NCBI GenBank assembly: GCA_963737265.1
Contig: CAVTRY010000013.1
Coordinates: 160,001 to 224,000 of the forward strand
DNA: 64,000 nt
From: an uncultured delta proteobacterium
Lineage (GTDB): Bacteria; Myxococcota_A; Polyangia; Fen-1088
Reading direction: 5' to 3'
Shown here: positions 30,763 through 39,498 of the stretch, piece after piece
Numbering within the stretch: the first letter of the stretch is position 1
Layout: every line of letters starts with the position of its first letter
Notes under the pieces: model-generated
Databases searched by the model: none
The model's input: only the letters and a program-made list of their open reading frames with translations
Told to the model about the DNA's origin: nothing
Translations under genes and position numbers: made by a program

Positions 30763-31676
30763 TGGACTCGTCGGTGATGGAGTTCTTCACGGCGCTGCTC
30801 TACACCTTCGGCGGGTGTTTCATCCTCATTCCGGTCGCGCTGGCCTGCGCGCGCATGTTCGCCATGTACGTGGTGGTTAGCGAACGGCAGTGCGTGGTCT
30901 TCGAGCTATTCGGCAAGGTGCGCTTGGTGCAGAGCGAGCCCGGCCTTCACTGCCCGTGGCTCAAGTTAGGTCCTTTCGCGATCTTGCTGCCGCTGTTTGG
31001 CAAGAAATTCACGGTGGACATGCGCATCGACCAGACCTACTTGCGCAGCCAGCCCGTGAATTCCGAGGAAGGCGCGCCCATGGGCATCGGCGTGTGGTGC
31101 GAAATGGTGGTCAGCGATCCCGTCGATTACCTCTATAAGAATACCGATCCGCTCGGCTCGTTGCGCGCCAACGTCTCGAACGCCACGGTCCGCTGCCTGT
31201 CCAACATGAAGCTGTCCGACATGCTGGAAAATCGCCACGGCATGAGCCGACTGGTTCGCCAGGAAGTCACCTCCAAGTCGCAGGAATGGGGCTACCAGGT
31301 CGGCAGCATCTACATCCGCAAGGTGCATTTCCGCGACCGTGGCATGATTTCGCAAATCGAGCAGAAAGTGGTGAACCGCCTACGCCAGGTGACGGCCGCC
31401 ATTCAGCAAGACGGCGCCAACCGCGTGAACGTCATCCACTCGACCGCCGAGCGCCAGGCCGCCGTCGAATTCGCCAAAGCCGCAGCCACGCGACCGCGAA
31501 TCGTCGGCAAGGCACTGGGACAAATCGCCGAGAATCCGCTCATCGCCAAGGCCTTGTTCGAAGTCCTGGAAACCCAGGCGCTGCTCGCCAGCAACAGCCT
31601 GGAAGTGAATGTCATGGCACCCGGGATTTCGATCCTCTACAGCATGGGCGGCCCCGCCGCGGCTCCGCGCACCTAG
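30759..31676 (+). CDS. SPFH/band-7 domain protein
   Basis: Overlaps the previous gene by 4 nt. TM, 'VFELFGK...EPGLH', 'WGYQVGSIYIRKV'. Confidence 0.85.
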   Translation: MMDSSVMEFFTALLYTFGGCFILIPVALACARMFAMYVVVSERQCVVFELFGKVRLVQSEPGLHCPWLKLGPFAILLPLFGKKFTVDMRIDQTYLRSQPVNSEEGAPMGIGVWCEMVVSDPVDYLYKNTDPLGSLRANVSNATVRCLSNMKLSDMLENRHGMSRLVRQEVTSKSQEWGYQVGSIYIRKVHFRDRGMISQIEQKVVNRLRQVTAAIQQDGANRVNVIHSTAERQAAVEFAKAAATRPRIVGKALGQIAENPLIAKALFEVLETQALLASNSLEVNVMAPGISILYSMGGPAAAPRT

Positions 31677-31709
31677 CTAGGGTGGCACACCATAGGAAGC
31701 GTGCATGGG

Positions 31710-32546
31710 TCACGATGTGCTCCTTTCATCATGAACGCAGGTCTTTCGCGCCACGGCCTTGAAGAACGTGTAACAGAATGTACCACCCGCCTCGGCGGTG
31801 CGCTTGAGGTCGGCGATGCCCTCATCCCAGTCCATCTTTTCGATGAGGCCGAGCCGAAATGCAGGCTCGGCGGCGCCTTCGACCATGGCGATGAAGGTCT
31901 TGCGGGTAAAGCCGTCGACCCAGCCAGGGCGGCTGTCGTCCGCGTAGACGAAGCGCGGTGATACCTGTACGTCATCCAGTCCCAGCGATTGCAACAGCGG
32001 ATAGAGGCGGCGGCCGATGAGCGCATCTCCTCCCGCGGCCGCTTGCGCCTGATTCAGGCACGCGATGGTGCGGGCAGCGCGCGCGCTCGTCGGGTGAAAG
32101 AAGGCCGAGCCGTGATCGCCCTCGATGACGGTCAGAGTGCCGCCCGGCCGCAACACGCGCAAGATGGCGCGCAAGGCGTCCTCGGGCTGGTGCAAATGCT
32201 CCAGCACGAAACACACGAACGCATGATCGAAGCTGGCGTCGGCAAATGGCAGCGCGAAAAGACTCGCCTCGTGAAACTCCACATTGGCGATCCCGTCGGA
32301 CACCATTGCCGCGCGTGCCAGCGCCAGCGACTGCGCCGACAGGTCGACACTGACGAAATGCGCCCCCGAACTTCGCTGCGCCAAAATGCGCGTCTGGGCA
32401 CCGACCCCGCATCCCGCCTCCAGTACCCGGCTGCCCGTCGGGTACTGGGTATCGTGGTGAAGCAACTCCGCCAACGTGCCGGCCTGATCTGCCAACCGAA
32501 CGGCCTCGTCATCCGCGTAGCCATGGACATAACCTTGCGATGTCAT
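31710..32546 (-). CDS. Class I SAM-dependent methyltransferase
   Basis: 'VLEAGCGVG', 'LPFADASFD', 'RVLRPGG'. Confidence 0.92.
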   Translation of the reverse strand: MTSQGYVHGYADDEAVRLADQAGTLAELLHHDTQYPTGSRVLEAGCGVGAQTRILAQRSSGAHFVSVDLSAQSLALARAAMVSDGIANVEFHEASLFALPFADASFDHAFVCFVLEHLHQPEDALRAILRVLRPGGTLTVIEGDHGSAFFHPTSARAARTIACLNQAQAAAGGDALIGRRLYPLLQSLGLDDVQVSPRFVYADDSRPGWVDGFTRKTFIAMVEGAAEPAFRLGLIEKMDWDEGIADLKRTAEAGGTFCYTFFKAVARKTCVHDERSTS

Positions 32547-32591
32547 GGGCGCGAATGTAGCAGAGCGCGGGAGACGCGTGGAATAGGGCAG

Positions 32592-33902
32592 TTAGATGAT
32601 CCCCTTGGCTCGCAGCTTTGCCAACTGCGCGCGCACGGATTCGAGACCGCCGCTGGTGTAGAGAATGTAGAGGCGCTCGGCGCTGAGGTTGGAAAGGGCG
32701 GGATTGCGGTAGCCGAGGTTGTAGCGAGCGGTGTCGCTCGGATCGAAGCCGAAGGTGGGCGCGAGTGTCGCAAGCAGGATCTGGGCGACGGACACGGCCG
32801 GCCCGGTCTGGGTGAAGTCGGCGTCGGAAAGATTGTGCAGCTGGTATTCCACCGGAGCGTTGACCTGGGTCGGCACGGCTGCGTTGAGGTCCACGTCGCC
32901 CAGGCGCTGCACCGCCGGCAAACGCAGTTGACCGGCGCCGTCGACGCGCAGATAGCCCTTTGCCACGGGGTCGATATTGGCCAGGATGGCGCCCGCACGC
33001 AGCCAGTTCACCACCTTGTATTCGTTGCCCGAGGTGGGACTGGAATGCGCCGAGGCCTGCGCGACGACGAATTTGGGCGCAAGCCCACGCGCCATCGATT
33101 CCGCAATTCCGATGATGTGGTGTCCGCCGGTTCGTGAATCGCCCGCAGCACCGTAGTTGTCGGTTGCGCCGTTGCCGCCGAAATTGAACTCGGCGAACTC
33201 CGTGCCGTCGGCATTCCATTGAAACACGAGGGGCTTGGCCCAGTCGTGCAGTAGTGGTGCGGCAATGATGATGTCCTGATCGATCGCGATATCCACGCGG
33301 TCGTCGCGGTCACCATCGCCGTCGGCCGCGGCGATCACCGGCAAGCCGTTGGCTAGCGAGTGGCCGTAGACACGGCGATAATTGGCGGCGAAGGACGCAT
33401 CACTGAGGTCGTTGAAGCTCTCGTGGATGGTAAGTCCGCCTGGGTACGAGTGGTGGCCGCCAAAGACGCTGCCGGGAGCGGAGAAAAAGGGTTGCGGCAG
33501 GTGCGGGCAGGTGCTGCCGGCTTCGAGCACGGGCGGCAACGCGCCCGCGAGCGCACCCCCTGGAAAGACGGCTGCATCAGCGGCTGCAAACAGTCCCGCC
33601 GCCGCTAGCTTATCGACGATTGCTTGTTTGCTGACCGCAGTCTCGGTCGCACGGTGGCGGATACAGACCAGGCGGTCCTCGACCAGCTCGTGGACGGTCC
33701 GGGCCAAGGCGCGGTCACCTATCTGAGTGATTCGAATCGCGATGAATTGCCGCGCTGACTGTACCAGCGCGGACGATGACGCCAGTTGTGCAGCGTTGGC
33801 GTTTCCCGCGCCTGGCACCGTTTGATCTGCCGCGTAGGCAGCCGATGTCAGACCTCCCCCAACCAATAGGGCAATTGCCGTCATAATAGCGGTGTTCCTC
33901 AT
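32592..33902 (-). CDS. Secreted HD-domain-like metal-dependent phosphohydrolase
   Basis: RBS GAGGAG and signal peptide 'MRNTAIM...AYA'. Motifs 'GHHSYPGGLTIH', 'LLHDWAK', 'GGHH', 'AHS', 'SDAD'. Confidence 0.7.
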   Translation of the reverse strand: MRNTAIMTAIALLVGGGLTSAAYAADQTVPGAGNANAAQLASSSALVQSARQFIAIRITQIGDRALARTVHELVEDRLVCIRHRATETAVSKQAIVDKLAAAGLFAAADAAVFPGGALAGALPPVLEAGSTCPHLPQPFFSAPGSVFGGHHSYPGGLTIHESFNDLSDASFAANYRRVYGHSLANGLPVIAAADGDGDRDDRVDIAIDQDIIIAAPLLHDWAKPLVFQWNADGTEFAEFNFGGNGATDNYGAAGDSRTGGHHIIGIAESMARGLAPKFVVAQASAHSSPTSGNEYKVVNWLRAGAILANIDPVAKGYLRVDGAGQLRLPAVQRLGDVDLNAAVPTQVNAPVEYQLHNLSDADFTQTGPAVSVAQILLATLAPTFGFDPSDTARYNLGYRNPALSNLSAERLYILYTSGGLESVRAQLAKLRAKGII

Positions 33903-34000
33903 GATGAGCTCCTCGGAGATTGAGTGGCGCGGCGAGGCATAATTGCCTATGCCGCCCTTGCTCCATACTCGCGGGCGCCGCAATTCGCAGCCACAGGTCG

Positions 34001-34093
34001 GTGACGTTAACGTAACAAGAATCGCCGCTATGACGCCGCATGGGCCGAAGCGACGTAATCGGAACTGTCACACGAGGTATGAACAACTGTAAT
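34001..34093. promoter_or_regulatory. Putative Pho-box-like direct repeats in a divergent promoter region
   Basis: Minus strand TTGTTAC-gtta-ACGTCAC (34001-34018, 11-bp period). Plus strand CTGTCAC (34065) and CTGTAAT (34087), 22 bp apart. Confidence 0.5.
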
Positions 34094-34173
34094 GGTTCGC
34101 GCGCGAGATAGGAGGTAGAGCGATCCCCGCACGCGACATCACGCGGGCGCTCATACCCTGAAAGGGAGACGCA

Positions 34174-35013
34174 ATGCAATTCACTTCGCAATCCACAGAA
34201 CGCACCCGACGCTTCATCCAACGCTTCGTCCGTCGACTGCTGATGGTCTCGGTCACCTTCATGGTATTCGCAATAAGACTGGCAACTGCCCACGGGCAGA
34301 CACTCGATGTGTCGCGCGATAACGGGCTTGCCCTGCCGCAGGCTCGCGTACCCCATGTCCTGCCGGGGGCGCTCAGCGCCGAGATCGATCCGGCCACCGC
34401 GGCGGTCGGAACGGGTTGGGCGGGGTACAACAGCGCCAGCGCCATACCTGTCTTTACAAGTACGGCGGAGGCGTGGATTGTGCCGAGGGTCAGCCTGGTA
34501 GCGGGGTTCGGCACGACAACACAGCCGGGAACGGTCAGCGTGCGAGCCCAAGGCGGCGCTCGCGTTTTTGTCCTCGATCAACAGCGTCACGGTGTCAACG
34601 CGGGGGTCGGCTTCCTCTACCGGCAGGACCGCTTCGCCAACGAGGACGGCATGCTGGAAGGGTCCGTCCTGGTCAGCCGGCGCTTTGGCGCCACTTTGGC
34701 CGTCGCCAATTTCATCTACGCACAGGATGGCGAGGGTGACGATCGCGAAGGCGAGATTCGCCTGGTCGGGCTGCATGACCTGGGGTCGGGACTGCATCTC
34801 GGTCTGGACAATCGCGTGCGCACGACGCTCGGGTCGAGCGATCCGCATCGCGCACAGCATTCCAACCCCACGTTGGAATTTAACGCGGGCCCGTTGCTGG
34901 CGTACACCGTCGACCGCTGGTCGGTGATGGCCGAGGCAGGCGTCAGTGGAACAAAGGTGGATCGGCTGAACACCGGCATGTTGGTTCTGGGCGGCGTTGG
35001 CGCCGCTTTCTGA
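34174..35013 (+). CDS. Probable outer-membrane beta-barrel protein
   Basis: RBS GGGAG, signal peptide, amphipathic strands, C-terminal 'GGVGAAF'. Confidence 0.7.
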   Translation: MQFTSQSTERTRRFIQRFVRRLLMVSVTFMVFAIRLATAHGQTLDVSRDNGLALPQARVPHVLPGALSAEIDPATAAVGTGWAGYNSASAIPVFTSTAEAWIVPRVSLVAGFGTTTQPGTVSVRAQGGARVFVLDQQRHGVNAGVGFLYRQDRFANEDGMLEGSVLVSRRFGATLAVANFIYAQDGEGDDREGEIRLVGLHDLGSGLHLGLDNRVRTTLGSSDPHRAQHSNPTLEFNAGPLLAYTVDRWSVMAEAGVSGTKVDRLNTGMLVLGGVGAAF

Positions 35014-35056
35014 CCTCTGGGCTCGAATTAAGAAATCAAGGCAAAGGAGAAATGCC

Positions 35057-37981
35057 ATGCGTCTTTATCCTCGCGTTTCGTTGTTGGTCTTGACTGCATC
35101 AACCCTTGCTGTGGCCTGCGGAAAATCGGGCACGCCGGAGCAAGCCGCCGGGCTCGAAGCACCGCCCGCGGTTCCCAAGGCCGTCGTGGAGAAGGCAGCA
35201 CTCGCCCGACGGCCACTGCTTGATGGCATGCTGCTGCCAACCGGGGCGCGCATCACGCCCGAAGCCACGCCAGGTGCACTCTTTCAAACGCTCAATCCCG
35301 ATTTGCCGTCATTGCCCGCCTTTGTCGTCGACCACGCCGTAACCACGGCGCTCAGCCCCAACGGCAAGACGTTGTTGGTGTTGACCAGCGGCTACAATGC
35401 AATTACGGCTCCGGACGACAGCGGCAATTTCGTTCCCGACCTGTCGAACGAATACGTGTTCGTCTACGACGTGACGAGGTCGCGGCCGGCAAAGCAGCAG
35501 GTGTTGCAAGTTCCCAACACCTTCGTCGGCATGGCCTGGAATCCCCGGGGCGACGAGTTCTACGTTGGTGGAGGCGTCAACGACAATTTGCACGTGTTCC
35601 ATTGGGGTGGAAGCGCGTTTGCCGAGGTCGCGCCTGCCATCGCGCTTGGCCACACGGCCGGGCTTGGCCTTGCGGTTCCCCCGACCACGGCTGGCGTGGC
35701 GGTGGACGGTGAAGGCAAGGAGGTCGTGGTGGCGAACTACGAGAACGACTCGGTCAGCGTCGTGAACCTGGCCACCAAGGCGGTGACCGAGGTCGAGCTG
35801 AGGCCGGGCAAGATCGATGCGAGCCAATCGGGAAGGGCGGGCGGCGAGTATCCCTACTGGATCGAGATCAAGGGCGAGAAGTCCTACATCTCCAGCCAAC
35901 GCGATCGCGAAGTCGTGGTACTGGATCTCGCGACCAGCACCGTGCGCGGGCGTATCGAGGTTGGCGCACAACCCAACAAGATGGTGCTGGCCCACGATGG
36001 AAAGAAGTTGTTCGTCGCCAATGGTGGCGCGGACACGGTTTCGGTCATCGACACCCTAACCGATCGTGTGGTCGATGAATTTCAAGTCACAGCGCCCACA
36101 GCGGTCCTGGCCAACCCGCGCGGGTTCAAAGGTGCCAACCCCAACAGCCTGGCGCTGTCGCCCGACGACAGGCTTCTCTACGTCACCAACGGTGGCATCA
36201 ACGCCGTCGCCGTGGTGCAGCTTGGGGGCCAGTCCGGACCGCGCGGCGCGAACCGCGATCGCCGTGACGGTGACGACGACGATTCGGCCCAATCGAGCAG
36301 GGTGGTGGGGCTGGTTCCCACCGGCTGGTATCCGGAGTCGGTGACGCTCAGCCGCGACGGCCGCCGCTTCTTCGTGGTCAACGGCAAGAGTCTTCCCGGT
36401 CCCGGATGTCTCGATGTCGCCAGCACCACGCGCTACGACGCGTGTTGGAACGGCAACGACTACGTGTGGCCGCTGGAAAAGGCTGGTTTCCTCAGCGCGC
36501 CGGTTCCGAGCGGTGCCGAGCTCGGGCAACTGACCCTGCAAGTGGCGGCAAACAACCGCTTCTCGACCGATGGCGCCGCGGCCGAGCACGAGCACCTCAT
36601 GGCCTTCTTGCGTAAGCACATCAAGCACGTCATCTACATCATCAAGGAGAATCGGACGTACGATCAAGTGCTCGGCGACTTGCCACGTGGCAACGGCGAT
36701 CCCTTGTTGACACTCTTTCCCGAAGCCACCACGCCCAACCACCACGCCCTGGCCAGCCAGTTCGTTACTCTGGATGCGTTCCAAGACAGTGGCGAGACGA
36801 GCGGGGTGGGTTGGAACTGGACGGTGTCGGCGCGAACCACCGATTCGGTCGAAAAGACCCAGCCGCCGAACTATGCCGGGCGCGGACTCAACTACGACTG
36901 GGAAGGGACCAACCGCAATATCAATGTGGGACTCGCCACCTTGGCGGAACGCCTGACGCTGGACCCGCTGACACCCGCGGATCCGGATCTATTGCCGGGA
37001 ACGGCGGACATCGCGTCGGGCAATCCCGCCGACGGCGAGGCCGATGGTGCCTCGTATTTATGGGACGCGGCCTTGCGCAAAGGGCTCGCCATCCGCAACT
37101 ACGGTTGCTTCGGCGACCTCACCCGCTCGTCGGTGCCGGCGACCTATCCGGTCTACATTCCCCTCGAGCGGCATCCATTCGCCGCCAGCGTTCGCCAGTT
37201 CTATCCTAGCAAGGCCGCGCTGCAGACCACGTCGGACCTGTACTACCGCGGTTTCGACAACGCCTACCCGGACTATTGGCGCTTCAAGGAATGGGAGCGC
37301 GAGTTCGAAGAGTTCGCCGCCGGTGGCGATCTTCCTGCGCTGGAGCTAGTGCGTCTGCCGCACGACCATTTCGGAAGCTTCGCCGCCGCCATCGACGGCG
37401 TCAACACGCCGGAGCTGCAAATGGCCGACAACGACTACGCAGTCGGGCAGGTGGCCGAAAGGGTTAGCCACAGTCGCTTCCGCGACGATACGCTCATCTT
37501 CGTCGTGGAGGACGATGCCCAGGATGGCCCCGACCACGTGAGCGCCCATCGCAGCATCGCTCTCGTTCTCGGCCCGTACGTCAAGCGCGGCGCGGTTGTC
37601 TCGACACCTTACAACACGGTCTCGATGGTGAAGACCATCGAGGAAGTCCTTGGGCTCGAACCGCTTGGCCTCAACGACGCGTTGGCCGCACCCATGGCGG
37701 ACGTCTTCGACACGCGCCTTCTGCCTGTCGCGTATACGGCCAAGGTGCCCGAAGCCCTGCGTACCACAGCACTGCCCGTGCCCGCGGCCACGGCCATGAA
37801 CACCGTCGTTCATCCCACCGCCGTGGCGTCGCTTGGCGGTCGCCGCAGCCACGGCGCCGCCTACTGGGAGCGCGTGATGCGCGGGCAGAACTTCGATCGC
37901 GAAGACGCCCTCGACACGCCCCGTTTCAACCGCGCCCTGTGGCGTGGCATCATGGGCAGCCGCGCGTATCCGGGCGAGTAG
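35057..37981 (+). CDS. YncE-type beta-propeller fused to a phosphoesterase/alkaline-phosphatase-superfamily domain, lipoprotein
   Basis: Lipobox 'AVAC', YVTN repeats 'DTVSVID', 'IKHVIYIIKENRTYD', 'EDDAQDGPDHV'. Confidence 0.9.
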   Translation: MRLYPRVSLLVLTASTLAVACGKSGTPEQAAGLEAPPAVPKAVVEKAALARRPLLDGMLLPTGARITPEATPGALFQTLNPDLPSLPAFVVDHAVTTALSPNGKTLLVLTSGYNAITAPDDSGNFVPDLSNEYVFVYDVTRSRPAKQQVLQVPNTFVGMAWNPRGDEFYVGGGVNDNLHVFHWGGSAFAEVAPAIALGHTAGLGLAVPPTTAGVAVDGEGKEVVVANYENDSVSVVNLATKAVTEVELRPGKIDASQSGRAGGEYPYWIEIKGEKSYISSQRDREVVVLDLATSTVRGRIEVGAQPNKMVLAHDGKKLFVANGGADTVSVIDTLTDRVVDEFQVTAPTAVLANPRGFKGANPNSLALSPDDRLLYVTNGGINAVAVVQLGGQSGPRGANRDRRDGDDDDSAQSSRVVGLVPTGWYPESVTLSRDGRRFFVVNGKSLPGPGCLDVASTTRYDACWNGNDYVWPLEKAGFLSAPVPSGAELGQLTLQVAANNRFSTDGAAAEHEHLMAFLRKHIKHVIYIIKENRTYDQVLGDLPRGNGDPLLTLFPEATTPNHHALASQFVTLDAFQDSGETSGVGWNWTVSARTTDSVEKTQPPNYAGRGLNYDWEGTNRNINVGLATLAERLTLDPLTPADPDLLPGTADIASGNPADGEADGASYLWDAALRKGLAIRNYGCFGDLTRSSVPATYPVYIPLERHPFAASVRQFYPSKAALQTTSDLYYRGFDNAYPDYWRFKEWEREFEEFAAGGDLPALELVRLPHDHFGSFAAAIDGVNTPELQMADNDYAVGQVAERVSHSRFRDDTLIFVVEDDAQDGPDHVSAHRSIALVLGPYVKRGAVVSTPYNTVSMVKTIEEVLGLEPLGLNDALAAPMADVFDTRLLPVAYTAKVPEALRTTALPVPAATAMNTVVHPTAVASLGGRRSHGAAYWERVMRGQNFDREDALDTPRFNRALWRGIMGSRAYPGE

Positions 37982-38013
37982 GGTCAAGCGATACCTGACG
38001 GAGAAATCTGGCC

Positions 38014-38041
38014 CCTTCTCCTCGGTCCGCCGAGGAGAAGG
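38014..38041. terminator. Hairpin between convergent genes (terminator or REP-like)
   Basis: Perfect 12-bp stem CCTTCTCCTCGG-tccg-CCGAGGAGAAGG with no U tract. Confidence 0.5.
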
Positions 38042-38081
38042 TTGGGATCAGGAGTCCGGCGCGACAGCCCCTCACCCGCCG

Positions 38082-39185
38082 CTACGAACCGATGACGAGA
38101 ATCGTCGACGTTTGATTGATGTGGCCGATGTAGGCTTCGCCATAGGTGCTGAAGCCAACCGTCGGCACGCTATTGAACAGGCCGGCGTACGCAGGACATT
38201 GACCTTTGTCTTTGAGCTCGAGCGTGCGCAAGATGCAGTGAAAATTCAGCAGCGCACTCGCCGCACCGAGATTGCTGATGGCCTTACGCGTGTCCACGAC
38301 GATGTCGGTCGATTCGAGCACTTGCATTTCCATCCCTTCGAGAATCTGGCAGTAGAACCGCACCTTCGTTCCATCGACGGCTTGCGGACTGCGCACGAAA
38401 GGCTCGCCTTCGGCGACCAGGCCGAGCGGGTGTCGCATGAATTTCCCCGGCAGCTCGGACACGGAGACGCCGAGCGCATCCGCGTAGGCCTCCGCCGCCG
38501 GCTTGCCATCGAATTCCAGGACCTCGCGCTTGAGCTGGTCGACCTTGGTTGCGACGAGAACCTTGGCCAACCCGCGGAAGCTCTGGGTCTTGACCGCGTG
38601 GAACGGTGCCGCCATTTCGAGCAGCGCCAGCACCGCCACGTCGGAATAGGCGCGTTCGTTGACGAAGATATGCGTCTTCTTGAACTGCAGGTCGTCGCCT
38701 GCGGAGCCGCCGACGAAGGTGAGATTGCCGGCGTTGCCGATTTCATCCATCACGGCTTCCTCGGCTCCCGTGAGTCCGTCGCACAGCACCAGGCCCGCGA
38801 ATTTTTCGCTGTCGAGGTCAATCAATTTGCTTCCAACCGCTCCCTCCAACGATCGGATGGCCGCAATGATCGCACTCCGGCCGTTGGACGAAATCCCCTC
38901 GGCCACGACGATGTTGACCTTGCTCACCAATTCGGAACCTAGAGCCATGGCGACAATCGATTTGTCGAGCATATGGCCAGTAACGATCTCGCCGGCGGTG
39001 GTGCAACCGAACAGCGTTACGCCCGGAAAGGCCGCCGCCATCTCACGCGCCAGCGTGACCGGTTCGTATTGCGAGGAAGCAAAATAGACGAGCAAGCGAT
39101 TGTCGCCATCGCCGATCTCGCCTGCGAGAGCTGCCGCCGCGAGCGTCGGATCCGATAGAGTGGAAAAGCTGGTTTTGGCCTTCAT
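38082..39185 (-). CDS. FIST sensory domain protein (FIST-N and FIST-C)
   Basis: 'GCTTAGEI', 'GGSAGD', 'CILR', 'GFSTYGE'. RBS GGAGG. Confidence 0.92.
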   Translation of the reverse strand: MKAKTSFSTLSDPTLAAAALAGEIGDGDNRLLVYFASSQYEPVTLAREMAAAFPGVTLFGCTTAGEIVTGHMLDKSIVAMALGSELVSKVNIVVAEGISSNGRSAIIAAIRSLEGAVGSKLIDLDSEKFAGLVLCDGLTGAEEAVMDEIGNAGNLTFVGGSAGDDLQFKKTHIFVNERAYSDVAVLALLEMAAPFHAVKTQSFRGLAKVLVATKVDQLKREVLEFDGKPAAEAYADALGVSVSELPGKFMRHPLGLVAEGEPFVRSPQAVDGTKVRFYCQILEGMEMQVLESTDIVVDTRKAISNLGAASALLNFHCILRTLELKDKGQCPAYAGLFNSVPTVGFSTYGEAYIGHINQTSTILVIGS

Positions 39186-39207
39186 GTCCGTTCCTCCGCG
39201 CTGACAG

Positions 39208-39411
39208 TTACTTGAGCACGATTCCCATTTCCGCGCCTGCGGCGATAATCTTCTGGATGACAGCGGGATCGTCGGGCGAGCTCGCATTGTAGCGCGAAGA
39301 GTCGATTCCCTTGAGGAGCAACTTGGTCCTGACCATCCCGGCGAACATCGGGTTGAGCGCCGTACGCCGACGAACAATCTCATCAATCATCGTCTTGATT
39401 TTTCCTGCCAT
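39208..39411 (-). CDS. Small hypothetical protein upstream of FIST
   Basis: RBS AAGGAGG. 67 aa, 'MAGKIKTMIDEI...TKLLLKGID...SPDDPAVI'. Confidence 0.75.
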   Translation of the reverse strand: MAGKIKTMIDEIVRRRTALNPMFAGMVRTKLLLKGIDSSRYNASSPDDPAVIQKIIAAGAEMGIVLK

Positions 39412-39498
39412 GGGCTCCCTCCTTGGTGCAGAAGTCATTGAATCGGCACTCCGAGCGATTACTTGAATCACCCCATGGCGCCATCGGCGCGTAGGCCA

